A stretch of DNA of 64,000 nucleotides from Selaginella moellendorffii (Eukaryota > Plantae > Lycopodiophyta): NCBI RefSeq assembly GCF_000143415.4, contig NW_003314420.1:107569-171568 (forward strand), written 5' to 3'. Made by a program: the position numbers and the translations under genes. The notes beneath the pieces are model-generated. The model worked only from the letters and a program-made list of their open reading frames with translations, was not told the origin of the DNA and ran no database searches. Positions 27,186 through 40,000 of the stretch are shown in pieces (position 1 is the stretch's first letter; each line of letters begins with the position of its first letter).

Positions 27186-28393
27186 TGTAAGCCATAAATT
27201 TTGCTTTTCCAATTTGCCAACTTACCTTGTTTATCTAACCACCACTGCCTTAGCTTTAGTTAAGTTTCCTTACCAAGGTTTCTACCTATTGTACTAGCTC
27301 ATACTTGGTTTTAGCTATTCATTACACAAGCAATGGAATGTTAGCCATCCATTTATGAATTCTCAAATTCTCTCCTAGTGGCCCTCCCCAGATTAAACTA
27401 GACTTAAGGTTCAGATACATTCTTCACAAGCACAAACAGCTAAACTGTAGCGCATGTGATCATGGGATGAGATTTGGATATACTGTCACCGTGGATCCTT
27501 GGAACCTTGGGAGATAAATGGGGATAAAATAGCCACTAAGGGCTCTCTCATCAAGCAATTGCCCCTTTTCCAGTTGGCTTAAGGGGAGAGAGATAAGGTG
27601 CGCTACAGTTGGTATCGGAGCAAATGGCACGGGTTCGATTCCCATTGATTAGTGGCTACTTAAAAGTATAATATACCCTTGAGCAAGGTATATTCCTACC
27701 CCTAAAAATTTAAATCGTACATATTGGGCATCCATGCGTACGTCCTTCCTCTTGTGTGGAGTATCCACGGACGAAGGTATCCACCGTGGGACTGCGGTAC
27801 GGGTGGATGACTAGTTGCCTCACATGGAATAGCTGGTCTACACAATGGAAGGATTGGTAGATTGAGTGCGGAAATGGAGGTGTTGGTTCCCCTTGGCTCA
27901 GTAGGGGTTGTTAGTCAATAGTCAATGAGGACATTGACATCTCTAAAGGGGGGGTGAGTGTAGTGCATGTGATCATGGGATGAGATTTGGATATACTGTC
28001 ACCGTGGATCTTTGGAACCTTGGGAGATAAATGGGGATAAAATAGCCACTAAGGGCTCTCTCATCAAGCAATTGCCCCTTTTCCAGTTGGCTTAAGGGGA
28101 GAGAGATAAGGTGCGCTACATAAACACACTAAGCCTCCAGGTTCCTAACCTCCCTTGGTACCACAAAACTTGATCATAGGACCCTCTAATCCCAAGCCTA
28201 GGGGCATCACTTGCTTTGGGACCCTAAGGGGAAACATTGTGGCCTAACGGCCAGGTATGGGTACCCTATTCCCCCGCTTCCATCCCGAAGGGAAGGCCCA
28301 AACCCCTAGGATGGGGCAAGGACAATTGATCCATATAATACTCAAGTGGGGCACCACTCCACATGAGCTGGGAGCACCACAGTCAGTTTTCCT
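27186..28393 (-). mobile_element. Truncated family A LTR interrupted by a TRIM
   Basis: Starts TGTAAGCCATAAATTTT and aligns by eye to the LTR at 57842. Confidence 0.85.
27446..28120 (+). mobile_element. TRIM (family D), 675 bp, complete
   Basis: 162-bp LTRs 27446-27607 and 27959-28120 differing at 2 positions, terminal IR TGTAGCGCA/TGCGCTACA, PBS TGGTATCGGAGC at 27610, PPT AAAGGGGGGGTGAG, TSD TAAAC. Confidence 0.95.
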
Positions 28394-29028
28394 GTGTTTT
28401 TCTATGTTATGCTTGTTGGACTTTGGCTTCAACCACTGTTATGTAGCACACTTTTAGCTCCAGTTTGAGGCTTAGGGATTTTTATCTCATAAAGCCTTCC
28501 AATAGTAAGTTTGAGTAAAATGGTTTAGGGCTTCACCATTACCCATCCCATGATTCACCACTTGTAAAACCATCATAACCAACATATATTGATATAGGCC
28601 TTTTTGATTGTATAATATGAACACAAACATTGAGATTACATCTCATTGCAAATCGTCTCTTGAGGACATAAAAATGATTTATATATTTGATCTTTTGTCC
28701 CTAATGACCCTCTTTTTGGTCTCTAACTTTGACTAAACCTCAAGTTTGAGTTTCCACTACCTTTAGTTCAATCTAAAAAAAAGCTTTTGAGAGCACAACA
28801 ATGACTACTTGAATTAATAAACTATCCCTATAGTCTTAATTGATCCTTTTATAATCATGTCTAGGAATGATCCACTAATGCCATATTAGAGAACTATAGA
28901 CAAGCTTATTTGCCACTCATACCAAACTTAGAGAAGGTTTACTTTTACCTTTGGTAACATGGAACAACTCATGGTAACCACTGATAGGCTAACATTAATC
29001 TTTCCAACTCAAAGTGTAACCTTAAGTT

Positions 29029-29182
29029 TGTAGCACACTTTATCTCTCTCCCCTTAATCCAAGGGATAATTGTTTGATGAGAGAGCTCTTAATGCCTATT
29101 TTATACCCATTTATCCCCCAAGGTTCCAAACATCTATAGTGATAGTATATTTAAATCTTATCCCGTGATCACATGCACTATA
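29029..29182 (-). mobile_element. Solo LTR of TRIM family D
   Basis: Diverged reverse complement of the 162-bp TRIM LTR; TSD AAGTT (29024-29028, 29183-29187). Confidence 0.88.
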
Positions 29183-29307
29183 AAGTTGCTAAAATACCTC
29201 AATCACTAAGTGCAAGCATAAACTTGTGTAAAAAGTGCATCAAAAATATATTTTGAACCTAAGCAAAAGCTTATACAATATAGTATGAAAAAGTAACTAA
29301 AAAAAAA

Positions 29308-29679
29308 TGTTAGCGACTAAATTTTCCATTCTACTTTAATCACTTAACCACACCTCCGACCACTTGGAGGAGTCTCACTCACAACCTCCATAAGTCCTGT
29401 TCTGGACTTAAGGACTTGCTAGCCCTAAGAATGGCATCCATCTCGGATACTTCCACGTGTCATGTGTTGGTCCTCTTGTCTCTCTTTTCTAGAGACTCAC
29501 TTATTGCTTGCTTCATGCTTGTTCCTCGAGCCCTTCATTGGGAGTTCCACTCCTGCTCTCGACTTTTCAAGTCAGAGCTTTTAGTCCAAACGTGTTATGC
29601 TCATTTGGCTTTCACTTCGGCCACTACCATATGGCACCCTTGTGGCTCCATTTTGGGGCTTAGGGATTTGTGTCTCACA
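29308..29679 (-). mobile_element. Family C LTR with a large internal deletion
   Basis: TGTTAGCGACTAAA..GTGTCTCACA; its halves match 45307-45433 and 50237-50481, joined at TCCAT microhomology. Confidence 0.8.
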
Positions 29680-30291
29680 CTCAATGGACACATGTGAAGC
29701 CATAACAACTAAACATATACCCACTTGGATCATTGTCATCATCCCTATGTATGCAATGAGATTATTTACTTAATCTCATTGGATAGTACTCACTGAGACA
29801 TATTTTATAATACAAAATGTAGCACATGTTATTTTCACCCTTTACCTTATAGTGATTTACCATAGGATAACTATAGAGCAAACTTGAGTTTTTAGGCCTT
29901 AGGCCACTAAATGAAGCAATGGAGCCAAACTCTCAAGTATATAGTAAAGAGCAAAGAACTAGAGCATAGGATGACTCCCAAGCATATAGCCTAAGGAGTA
30001 AAAGGATAAAATTGAAAACCTTGAATAGAGTTTGGTGAAATTTTAGTATAATGCTAGGATATGGATATTCCATCAACTAGCATGGTATGGAACTTGTGCT
30101 TAAACCCAAGCCAGATGTAAAACAAGAAAAAGCATACAAATGAGGAGCTAAACTATGCCTCAAGTTAGTCAGCCATGCCCAACTTACCCTACTATACATT
30201 TCAAACCCCTCTTCTGAATATAAGCACAAGCTTTTGTCTTTCACCATAGTTCTAGAAGTTCATTTTTGGGATAATTACAAGAGCTTACTAA

Positions 30292-32745
30292 TGTAAGGAA
30301 CCAACTCCCCAAGGTGCCATATGCTAAAGGATCCTTAAAACCATGACTGGAATGATAAAGAGTTCATCAAATAAGATCGAGTTTGAAAATAACTCTAAGA
30401 CCAAGTTTGAGACCAAGCTCGAGACCAAGCTCGAGACCAACTTAGAGACCTAGTGCGAGACTAAGTCTGAGATCGAGTCTGAGACTGAGTCCGAGGTCAG
30501 ATTTGAGAGCTCTCGACTCATGTGGAGTGGTGCCCCACTTGAGTACCATACGGCTTATTGATCCTTGCTTTTTCTAAGGGGCTTGGGCCTTTCCTTTGGG
30601 TGCAAGTGGGGGAGTAGGGGTACCTATACCATAGTGTTTCCCCTTGGGGTCCCAAAATAAGAGATGCACCCAATGCTTGGGATTTAGATGGTCCTATGAT
30701 GAAGTCTTATGGTACAAAGGGATGTTAGGAACTTGGAAACTTGATGTATTTGAATACTTGTGCTTGCAGGGAGTATAGCTAAACCATAAGTCCAATTTAA
30801 CATGAGGGGGATTGAGAGAGAATTTAAGAATTCGTGGATGGTTAGCTCCCTGTTGCTCATCTAGTGAGTAGCTAAAGCCAAGTAGAACCAAGTAGGAGTG
30901 GGTTCTATAAGCAAGAACCTTAGCAAAGAAACTTAACTAATGATAAGGTAGTGGTGGTCAGATAGATGAGGTAAGCTAGCAAATTGGAAAGGAAAAATGG
31001 CTTATAATTTGGTATTAGAGGCTTTTCCACATTCTAGCGAAGGATAAATGTGGATTGCTAGGAGATGGTTAAAGCATGGCATAAGAGAACTACGGTGAAG
31101 ACAGAACCTCCTCTAAAGCTAGAGCTTTCAATCGAACAAGAACCTATTAGATGAGGAATACTTGCATGGGGAGGACTCCAAAGAGGAAACTTCGAAACAA
31201 GAGTCTAGTGGGGAGGTTTGGTTGTCCAAGGCTCAATTGGATGTTCTAGAAGCATAATTGGTATAGACCAATACCCTATTGGAGACCCTCGTATGCAAGT
31301 TAAAGTGTGACGAGAAATAAAAAAAAGAAGCAAAAGATGCAAATGCTGGCAGTGTAAAAGGCATGGACCCTTTGGTAAGGATTAAGGCAAAACCAAATAA
31401 AGTCAAACAAACCAAAGTAGAATTAGTCCCTCAAGCACTTCCCAAGTATAAACCAAAGCCCCCATCGATCTTCAAGGGAGTGAATGACTATAAGGTGGTG
31501 GAGGATTAGTTTTATGATATGGAGAATTACTTCTAAGTGTTATGGTTACCAAGTTTGGAAAATGTCCCTTGTGCAAAACTATACTTAGTAAATAATGCTA
31601 AGTATTGGTAGAGAATAATGTAAGCCACAAATTTTTCTTTTTTAATTTGCTAGCTCACCTCGTCTATCCGACCGACACTTCCTTCGACTTAGCTAAGTTC
31701 CCTCACCAAGATTCCCATCTATGGTACCAGCTCTTACTTGGTTTCATCTACTCATTACATGAGCAACAGAGCGTTAGTTATCCATCCACAAATTCCCAAA
31801 TCTCTCCCAATACCCCTCCCCAGTTAAATTGGACTTAAGGTTTGGCTACACTCCCAAGAGGCACAAGCAGCCAAGCACACTAAGCCTCTAAATTCTTAAC
31901 GTCCCTTGGTACCACAAGATTTAATCATGGGACCCTTTAAATCCCAAGCCTTGGGTGCCACACTTGCTCTGGGATATAGGGGGAAACACCATGGCCTAAC
32001 GGCCCAGTATGGGTACTCATACTCCCCCACTTCCATCTTGAAAGGAAGGCCCAAGCCCCTAGCCAGAGCGAGGACCAATGAGCCACATGGTACTCAAGTG
32101 GGGTACCACTCCACATGAGCCGGGAGCATCATAGTCGATTTCCCTTTCGGGAGTGGGAGTTGCTCTTGAGCACTTTCTGGGGTGGCCCCTCTGGCACCAC
32201 CCAAGTCCATGCTCACTCCCAGCCAAGGCCCCTCGGCCCCAGTCTCAACCTCAAGTTAGTTTGGAAGCACCATTAGAGAGTTCCTTCAAGACTAGTTCCT
32301 AGACCTCACTATCCTTACTATACTTTTGGAACCACATGCAGCCCCCCCCCCCCCGGGACACACACGCTTTGGGCTTTCACCCCTCGACCTGTATTAATAC
32401 TTGGACTCAGTCTTGGACTTGATCTCGGACCCGATCTCGGACCCAACCTCGGACTTGGTCTTGGACTCGATCACAGACTCGACCTCGGACTCAACCTCGG
32501 ACTCACTCTCGGACCAGATCTCGGATCTTGGATTTTGTCTCGAACTCGATCTTAGAGTCGGCCTTGGACTCGATTCTGGACTCTATTTCGAACTCAGTCT
32601 CAAAGTCAATCTTGGACTCGATCTCAGACTCGATCCCATTTGATGAACTCTTTATTATTTCGATCGTGCTTTTGGGGATCCTTTAGCCTACAACACCTTG
32701 GGGAGTTGGTTTCTTACAAATAATAAAGGCCAACGAAGGATTGGT
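30292..32745 (+). mobile_element. Family A 5' LTR (30292-31006), PBS and partial gag, carrying an antisense family A solo LTR (31619-32718)
   Basis: TGTAAGGAACC start, TGGTATTAGAG PBS relic, PKYKPKPPSIFKG gag; solo LTR has TSD AATAA. Confidence 0.85.
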
Positions 32746-34056
32746 ATATACCCTCATTTGACCAACAAAGGACTGGCATACACCCTCATTTGTTTATAAT
32801 AGATGAGTCCAATTCTTTCTGCATAACCTATTTTCTCTTCTGTTGGCAGCTCACTTCTCTAGTGAGCTTCTCGCGCCTCTTGGTTCCTTAGCAACACTTC
32901 TTGTGCTAGACCATCATTCTCATATGTTGTTCGCACATCATCCCAAAATGTTGTTGTTGTGCTAGAGATCGTCAACTTCAAGCTTGCCTTTTGACTTAGA
33001 GCATTTGCCACAATGTTGTTCTTCCTAGGTTTATACAGAATCTTGAAATCAAACTCAGCCAAAGCATTGGCCCATCAACCTTGTTTCCCTTTTAGGTCAG
33101 GCTGCGACAAAAAGTGTTTTGTTGCCACATTATCCATGTAAATTTTTAAGTGCCTCCCAAGGTAGTGTTGCCACTCCTTGAGCGCCTTGACCACTGCAAA
33201 TAATTCCCTCCAGTGGGCAGGCCACTTTTGCTGAGGCTTGTTCAACTTCTTCGAGAAGAACACCACTGGATAGTTATCTTTCTTCAAAACTATGCCCAAC
33301 ACAAAGTTAGAAGCATCTGTTTTTACCTCAAAGTCCTTACCAAAGTCTGGTAATGCCAACACGGGAGTCTTCCTCAACTTCCCTTTGAGGTGGACAAATG
33401 CCGCTTCACATTCCACTGTCCATACCATTTTCCCTCACCCGTTTGGTCCGTTAAGGGTAGGGCTACTCTTGAATAGTGTTTGATAAACTTTCGGTAATAG
33501 TTGCACAGCCCTAACAATGCCCTCAACTCATATACATTCAATGGTCGCTCCCATCCTTGGATTGGTTGGACCTTCTTAGGGTCCACCTTAAGCCCGTCCT
33601 TGCCCACCACATGCCTGAAAAACTTTACCTCTTGTTGAGCAAATTCATATTTGCTCTCTTAACATACAGCTTGTGTTCCCTTAGTTTCTCAAATACGTCA
33701 AATGTTCGGCATAGTCCTCTAGCATTTCACTATAGATCAAGATGTCGTCAATATAGACGACCAGAAAGTGATCCAAATAAGGTACAAAGATGTGGTTCAT
33801 CAATGCCGAAAATATTGCCAGCTCATTGCATAGCCCAGAGGGCATCACTAGAAACTCAAAGCTCCCATACCTTATCCTATAGGTTGTCTTCTCAACATCT
33901 TCCTTTGCTACCCTGATCTAGTAGTATCTTGACTTTAGGTCAATCCTTGAGAAGTATTTTGCCTTTAGTACTTATCAAACAGGTCCTTAATCCTTGACTT
34001 GTTCTTCTTTGTATACTTGTTGAGCAACTGGTAGTCTATACACATATACATAGATC

Positions 34057-37000
34057 AAGCTCTATTTCGTTAAAGTGGGATTTATTCAGTAAAATGGGAC
34101 TAGGTACAAATTTTTAAGTATTTGAAAATGACGTGAAATTATAAGTTTTTTGTCCAGGGGCTAGACATATCTGGGGTATGGTGACTAGCATGGTGACTTT
34201 GTGTCCAGATTGAGTCCATCTGGTTGTATAATAAATCTCATTGTCAAGGTGAACAAGCCGAATCTGAAGCTAAATAAGAGCGATGGCATGCGCGCACACA
34301 CTATTTGTTTGTTCATTGAGCGTGTGGTGAGCTTTCCAAGATGAACGTCATTCCTATTAGCCAGACATATAACTTAATGGTGAGAACATTTAGATATTAT
34401 TCAATGTTATCTTTTTCTAACGAATCTAATTGTGAAGGTGTAGCAAGAGGCATTGCTAGTCTGGAGAAGTCATTTAACTCATTTGACCCTTAGTGTATTT
34501 TCATGAAACTAAATAACATTCACATTATTAAGGAATTTCTCTAGTACCTTTTTTTTATGACATAGAGGCTTGCATTTCTTTCAAAGGTGATTTAGTAAAA
34601 GGCCTGAGGGCACATGCCATTCTATTTCTCAGACCGGTATTAAGATATACTAGTGCAAAGGGAAAAAGGTATTTGGTGATCAAGTAAATGGCATGAGGGC
34701 ACACGCCATTATAAGCCTAAGCGCTAGTGGACACCTCCTTTTTGGTACTCTCAGCGGTACTATCATCCTTCTCCGGGTCAGTTGTTTTGCTTTGGATTGT
34801 TGTCTCTAATGTTACTGGGGCGTTCTCAATAGTTGTTAATGTTGCCGTTTGTTCAGAAAAATGATCACCTGGAGTATAGTACAAGGAGTTTGGAAGACTT
34901 ATATATTCTACATCTTCACCTATCTCCTTCTCCATCTCCTTTTCTGCCTCACTTACAAATTTTGTGCTTGCCATGAGAACGCTCTTCACCCTAAAATATG
35001 GAGTTCGTTGTGTTATAAAAGGAAACCAACACCCACGCTGCAAGGGAATGATGGTACATAAAGCACGTAAGCCCACAATATGGGTTTATGTGCCATTAAT
35101 ATGGGCCACACGCCATATTATTAGATTTATGCATGTGTGATTGGTAAATGCATATGTCACATCATCTTTGTTTTACCTCACACACTATATCAGGCCTAAT
35201 GAACCATATCACATGTGCGCACATGCTATATATATGGAGAAGTGTTATGCAAGGATAGAAAAATTCAATGCATGATTGTGGAGAGCAATGGCATGAAGCC
35301 ACATGCTAAATAACATTTTAGAGAAAGAATTAAAATAGAAACATGCAAACAGTACTGAGTGGACCAAGACTTAGAAGTGCACAATTGAATGAGGTATTTC
35401 TAATAAATATTTCACTCACCTCATATAGGAATGGCTACCACTCTCAAATGGCGTATCGCCTCATGCCATCACCTCGCAATTTGTTATAACAATCCGATGA
35501 ATTCATATTCAGCTTGTTCACCTTGAACTTTAAGTAAGATTTGCTAGAACAACTAAGAATTTATACATGTTATTTGTATCATCTCACCTAGGAATGGCGT
35601 AAGGCCACATGCCATCACGCCTCCTTTGATTCAGATTCGGATTGTTCACCTTGAAATAAAATACATTAGAAACTTAGTAAAGGAATATTAATGAATCTCA
35701 CCTTGAACCCGGGTTATGAATGCTCTTGCTGCATCTCTTGCATGGTCTGGCAAGGTGATGGTGGCACTCTGCTTCCGCATCCAACCATGCACAAGATTAT
35801 CCACTGATATGCTCATACTAGGATCCCTTGGATTCAGCACCCATCTCTTTTCTAGGCAATCCTTCGTATATCCGAAACTTGGCTTGAACCACTCCACAGT
35901 TACATTGAAGGAGTTAGTTTCCACGTCCTCCTCTGCATCAGTGATGCAGCACCCCACCCATATCATTTGTTTTTTATTACTGGGTCTGACAAGCACGACC
36001 ATTCCTTTGCAGACCTGTACTGGATTGAATGTTGAATCCAGCTTCTTGTTCCTCGGCCCACAATAGTGATCCTCAACATCGTTATTTGTCACTACATTTC
36101 CAGAGGACATTGTTCCGCTACTATCTGGTGCTCTAGGTTCTGGCCAAAAGGACTCTTCCAATTCTTCATATACAACCGGCCCATTTTGGATAGCAGATAT
36201 AATCTTCTCCTAGTATTCGAGCAAAGGCTTGCACCTCTTAAAATAGGATTCTCCACCAAACACCAACCCCCTCTTCCAGAAGGCAATATGCTGTCTAATC
36301 CCGGCCACTATACTTTCCTGGTCTTTGAGTCCATCCGGGTGCATCGGCCGTGGGGAACCCTGAGGAATCATAGGTTCCCCAGTTATGGGATCTCTCTTGA
36401 AGAGTTCAATGCCGTCCACTGGCAGCCACACTGTGTCCCATTCTCTCATCTTGTACCTCATCACTGGAGCACCGTCATGCATGCTGAAATGAAACTGAAG
36501 AGGCTTGGAGTGGCCAATCAGCGTTTCGGATTCGTCCCTGATGTAGCCTCTTACAAACCCCTTAAAGTCTGGAACCTCTGTCACAAGTGCAGCTTCAATA
36601 GTGCCTTTGATGCAATTTTGGAATTCATCGTAGAGTTGTGGGAGGGTGAGGACATTGGATTGCCGGAGGGACTTTGCCAGGTGACTGAACATGGCATCAA
36701 CGTCTTCATGAGTGTGCCCAACCATGAGAAAGCCAAGTGTAACCATTTCAAATATGCCTTTGGCAACAAGCATCGCCAAGTACGCGAAGACGTATATGTT
36801 TTTGTTCTCACTGCCAGCATTGTTTGTTTGGAGCAGAAGATGGGGTGGAAGGCCATATCGGCCGCAAGAACTTCCTTGAGATTCTGCTTCATTTGGATGA
36901 AGCTGTGCATTCACCGGGCGACCAGCCTCATCGAAATGGCATGAGGCCTCACGTGATAACCCTACAATCTGACGGCCAACATATTCACTAGGATGGCATG

Positions 37001-40000
37001 GGGCCCCACGCGATACTGCAAGCCTTTGCTCCTCCTCCAGCTGAACCCTGTATGGGGTTCGATCGACAAGGGCCTTATCCAAGGGTTGGCCGTTCAGCTC
37101 AGTCTACGCACTTTGCAGAGACCTTAAGTGTTTTGCTAGGGACTCAATCATCATGTTTGCACCCCCGCCACCCCATAGAGGTACAAAGAAGTTCCCATAG
37201 TTCTGGGCACCATGCCCATGAGCGATTATGCCAAACAGAGACACAGGCAGCTGCATGGATGAAGAGATTGCCTTGGGGGCAGGATTGAGTCGAGGTAAGC
37301 ACGTCTTTTTCTGGTCCATTTTGTCGTGGATGATGCAGAGGTAAGAGTCAGGTCTCTCCATGGAGAGAATCCTGTTATGATAATATGCAGTCCTGCAGCT
37401 TCTCTACTCGATGTTGTGGTCGAGCCGCCTTCTAACCAACGTCTCTCGCTCTTGAGCGCTGTAAGAATTCTTCGACAAAGCCATTTTGATAGCAGTGCAC
37501 TCGTCACACTTTGAAAAGCTGGAGTACTTTCCTATACTCACATCCCTAAACCTGTTGCTCCACAATCTACTAAATCTAGATTGGCTCAGCTTCCTATAGC
37601 CATTACTCTAGAGTTCCCGATTCACATCTTCCAATATGGCCCCCTTGGTATACATGGAAGGGAGAACTCGTTGGGTGTCTCGTGTTCCATCTTCCAAGAG
37701 GCGGGTTTTATGTGGTTGCTGCTCGCTACATGTCGCGACAAACCTCTTGAAGATTGCCTCTCCATATACAACATGACCCCTGGTTTTGTGTGTACCGTCG
37801 TTCCCATGGACTGCCTGTTGAACCCTTTGTTCCTTGAACTCAGTTTTGATTCTGTAAAATGTGCTTCGAGGGACTCCATAAATGATTCTCCATGCCTTCA
37901 TGCAGACCAAACCCCTCTGGAAGACCATGCCCCCCGCCTGATGTTCTGAAGCATCAACAGATGACCTTAATGCCTCATACACAAAATTGCGAGCTACCTT
38001 CCAGGACAATATCTTGTATCTTGCTCTCTCCTCTTCAATAGCATCCCAATCAGCATGTTGACAGCACCTCCTCTTGCAACAAGCAACTGTCGAGACCATT
38101 CGAACCTCCATCGCCATTTTCTGCCTTTTCGGTTCGTTGCTCAAATCCCTTTGGCTGCGCTTTAGGAAGGTGTACTTTCTTTTCCCATGAAGAGATGTTC
38201 TGTCATCAGTTGTAGTGGTGTTTGATTGTGAATCTTTCACATTCTCAAACACTAAGTGCCTCAATTTCCTCCGCACAATGCTTCCAATAGTCAGACTGTT
38301 TTCTTCTGTGTCAACAACCTCTAAAATCGCAAGTCCAATATCATCCCAGCCCAATTCTTGATTAGCAACCGCATCTCTTGGATCGACAACTGTGGCTAAG
38401 CCCTCAGCTACCACCTCCCCCTCGGGGTTGTTTAGAAACACCTTTGCTTGAATCCATGTAGCACGGTTCTTAAGATCCATGGAGGGAACATGCGTCTCAC
38501 TTGCGCTATCCCCAACATCTGCTTTCTTCTGAAGATTTTTCAAGGCAACAACAACATTTACCCCGACGACCATCTCTCCTCGTTCAATAGCGACCACATT
38601 CCCATCGAAGACAGTCTCTTCTGATACAGCAGCATTGCCTTCCCCAAGCCTTTGACAGTGTATAACAAAGTTCTGATCCATAGACACAAGGGTCCCTTTT
38701 GCAACTTTCTTCCCACCATTCAAAATGTAAACCTTTTTCCCAACCTTGAAGGCCATTCTGAAAGTGCAGAAAAGAAGTTAAGACCATACAAAAAATGATT
38801 GGAGAATGGCCTAAATCATAACATACCAAACAACCTCAATAGCATGAGGCCACATGCCATTATTCAAACATGCTATTGACACCTACGTGAAATTTCGCAT
38901 TCACAAAATTGGCATGAGGCCTCATGCCATTAGTGGTACCACTAATGGCATGAGGCCTCACGCTATCTTTGGCCCCTGCTAGCCTGTTGCTATATTCCTT
39001 TTGCCTTGCTGCAACTGTATATATGGGGCCAGGCTAGCAGGGGCCAAAGATGGCATGAGGCCTCATGCCATCTTGATATACACACAGCTGCAGGCAAGTA
39101 AAAACATACATGACAATACGCTAGCCATGAAATTGCAAGGGCCCAAGATGGCATGTGGCCTCATGCCATTTCTAAATGTGGTCCTAAGCCATTCCATGGT
39201 GAACATACCAGGAAGCACAAGTGCCGAATATCAAGAGGAAGCGGTAGCCACACCAAAGACAGTGCCGCTCGCAACACTGCAACTACTCGTAGTGCCGCTC
39301 GCAACACCGCAACTGCTCATAGCGTTGCTCGCACAAACTACCACTAGCATAAACTGCCGCTTTCAATGGCACTCGCAATGCCGCAACCGCTTGTAGACGC
39401 ATAAACCACAGCTCACAACGCCGCTTACACAAGCAGCGCTCACTACGCTCAGCGAAACCAAGAATACGGCGCACAAAAATGATAGACCTAGGAATGAGTT
39501 CGAGAATTCAAAAATAACACACGCTTGAACCTCACATCAAATCCTCTGACAAACCAGATCTTATGATTCCTCTAACAAATTTCAAACTGAGTAGCTTCTA
39601 GACTTTGCTGTCGGAGGTTGAACTTTGTCACATCATGTCCTTGCCTCAATCCAGCTGTGCCATGTCAGTGATTCGAAGTTTGCCATGCCGTGTCAGCGAT
39701 CCCCACCAAGATTATTTGCCGTGTAAAGGAATAATTATGCTGTGTGTGTATGTCCATTTATGGCAATATAAGGCCACACGCCATTCAAAGAATAATGCTA
39801 GTCGAGCATTTTTTGGTGCATTTTTGGGTTCAAAATTGCATGAGCCCACACACTATAAAGTTTACCTGTACCAAAAATAGAAATAGCTTTATTTACTTGG
39901 GAATTTAAGTGGTTGAAGCATTTTTAAACTTACAAACACATGCCCTACTTACATTCCTTTGGTTGCTTAAAATTTAAAAATATTATAAACCTTTCTTTTT

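Larger units (their letters stand above)
28480..30291 (-). mobile_element. Degenerate family E fragment (partial LTR 29818-30291 plus internal region)
   Basis: Reverse-complement similarity to 53630-55030, e.g. ATAGTGATTTACCATAGGATAAC and CAACTCAAAGTGTAACC. Confidence 0.75.

Noticed and set aside
27446-27607. Cassandra TRIM
   Set aside because: No 5S rRNA-like segment in the LTR.
27622-27650. Possible tRNA gene from GGTTCGATTCCC
   Set aside because: Only a T-loop hairpin; no D or anticodon arm recognisable. The same holds for the family A and C copies.
36066-36944. 292-aa plus-strand ORF in the DNA transposon
   Set aside because: Antisense shadow of the transposase core with no recognisable motif.
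38839-39169. Palindromic repeats with unique spacers, CRISPR-like
   Set aside because: Spacer lengths are irregular (about 14-83 nt here, hundreds elsewhere), no cas genes, eukaryotic transposon context.
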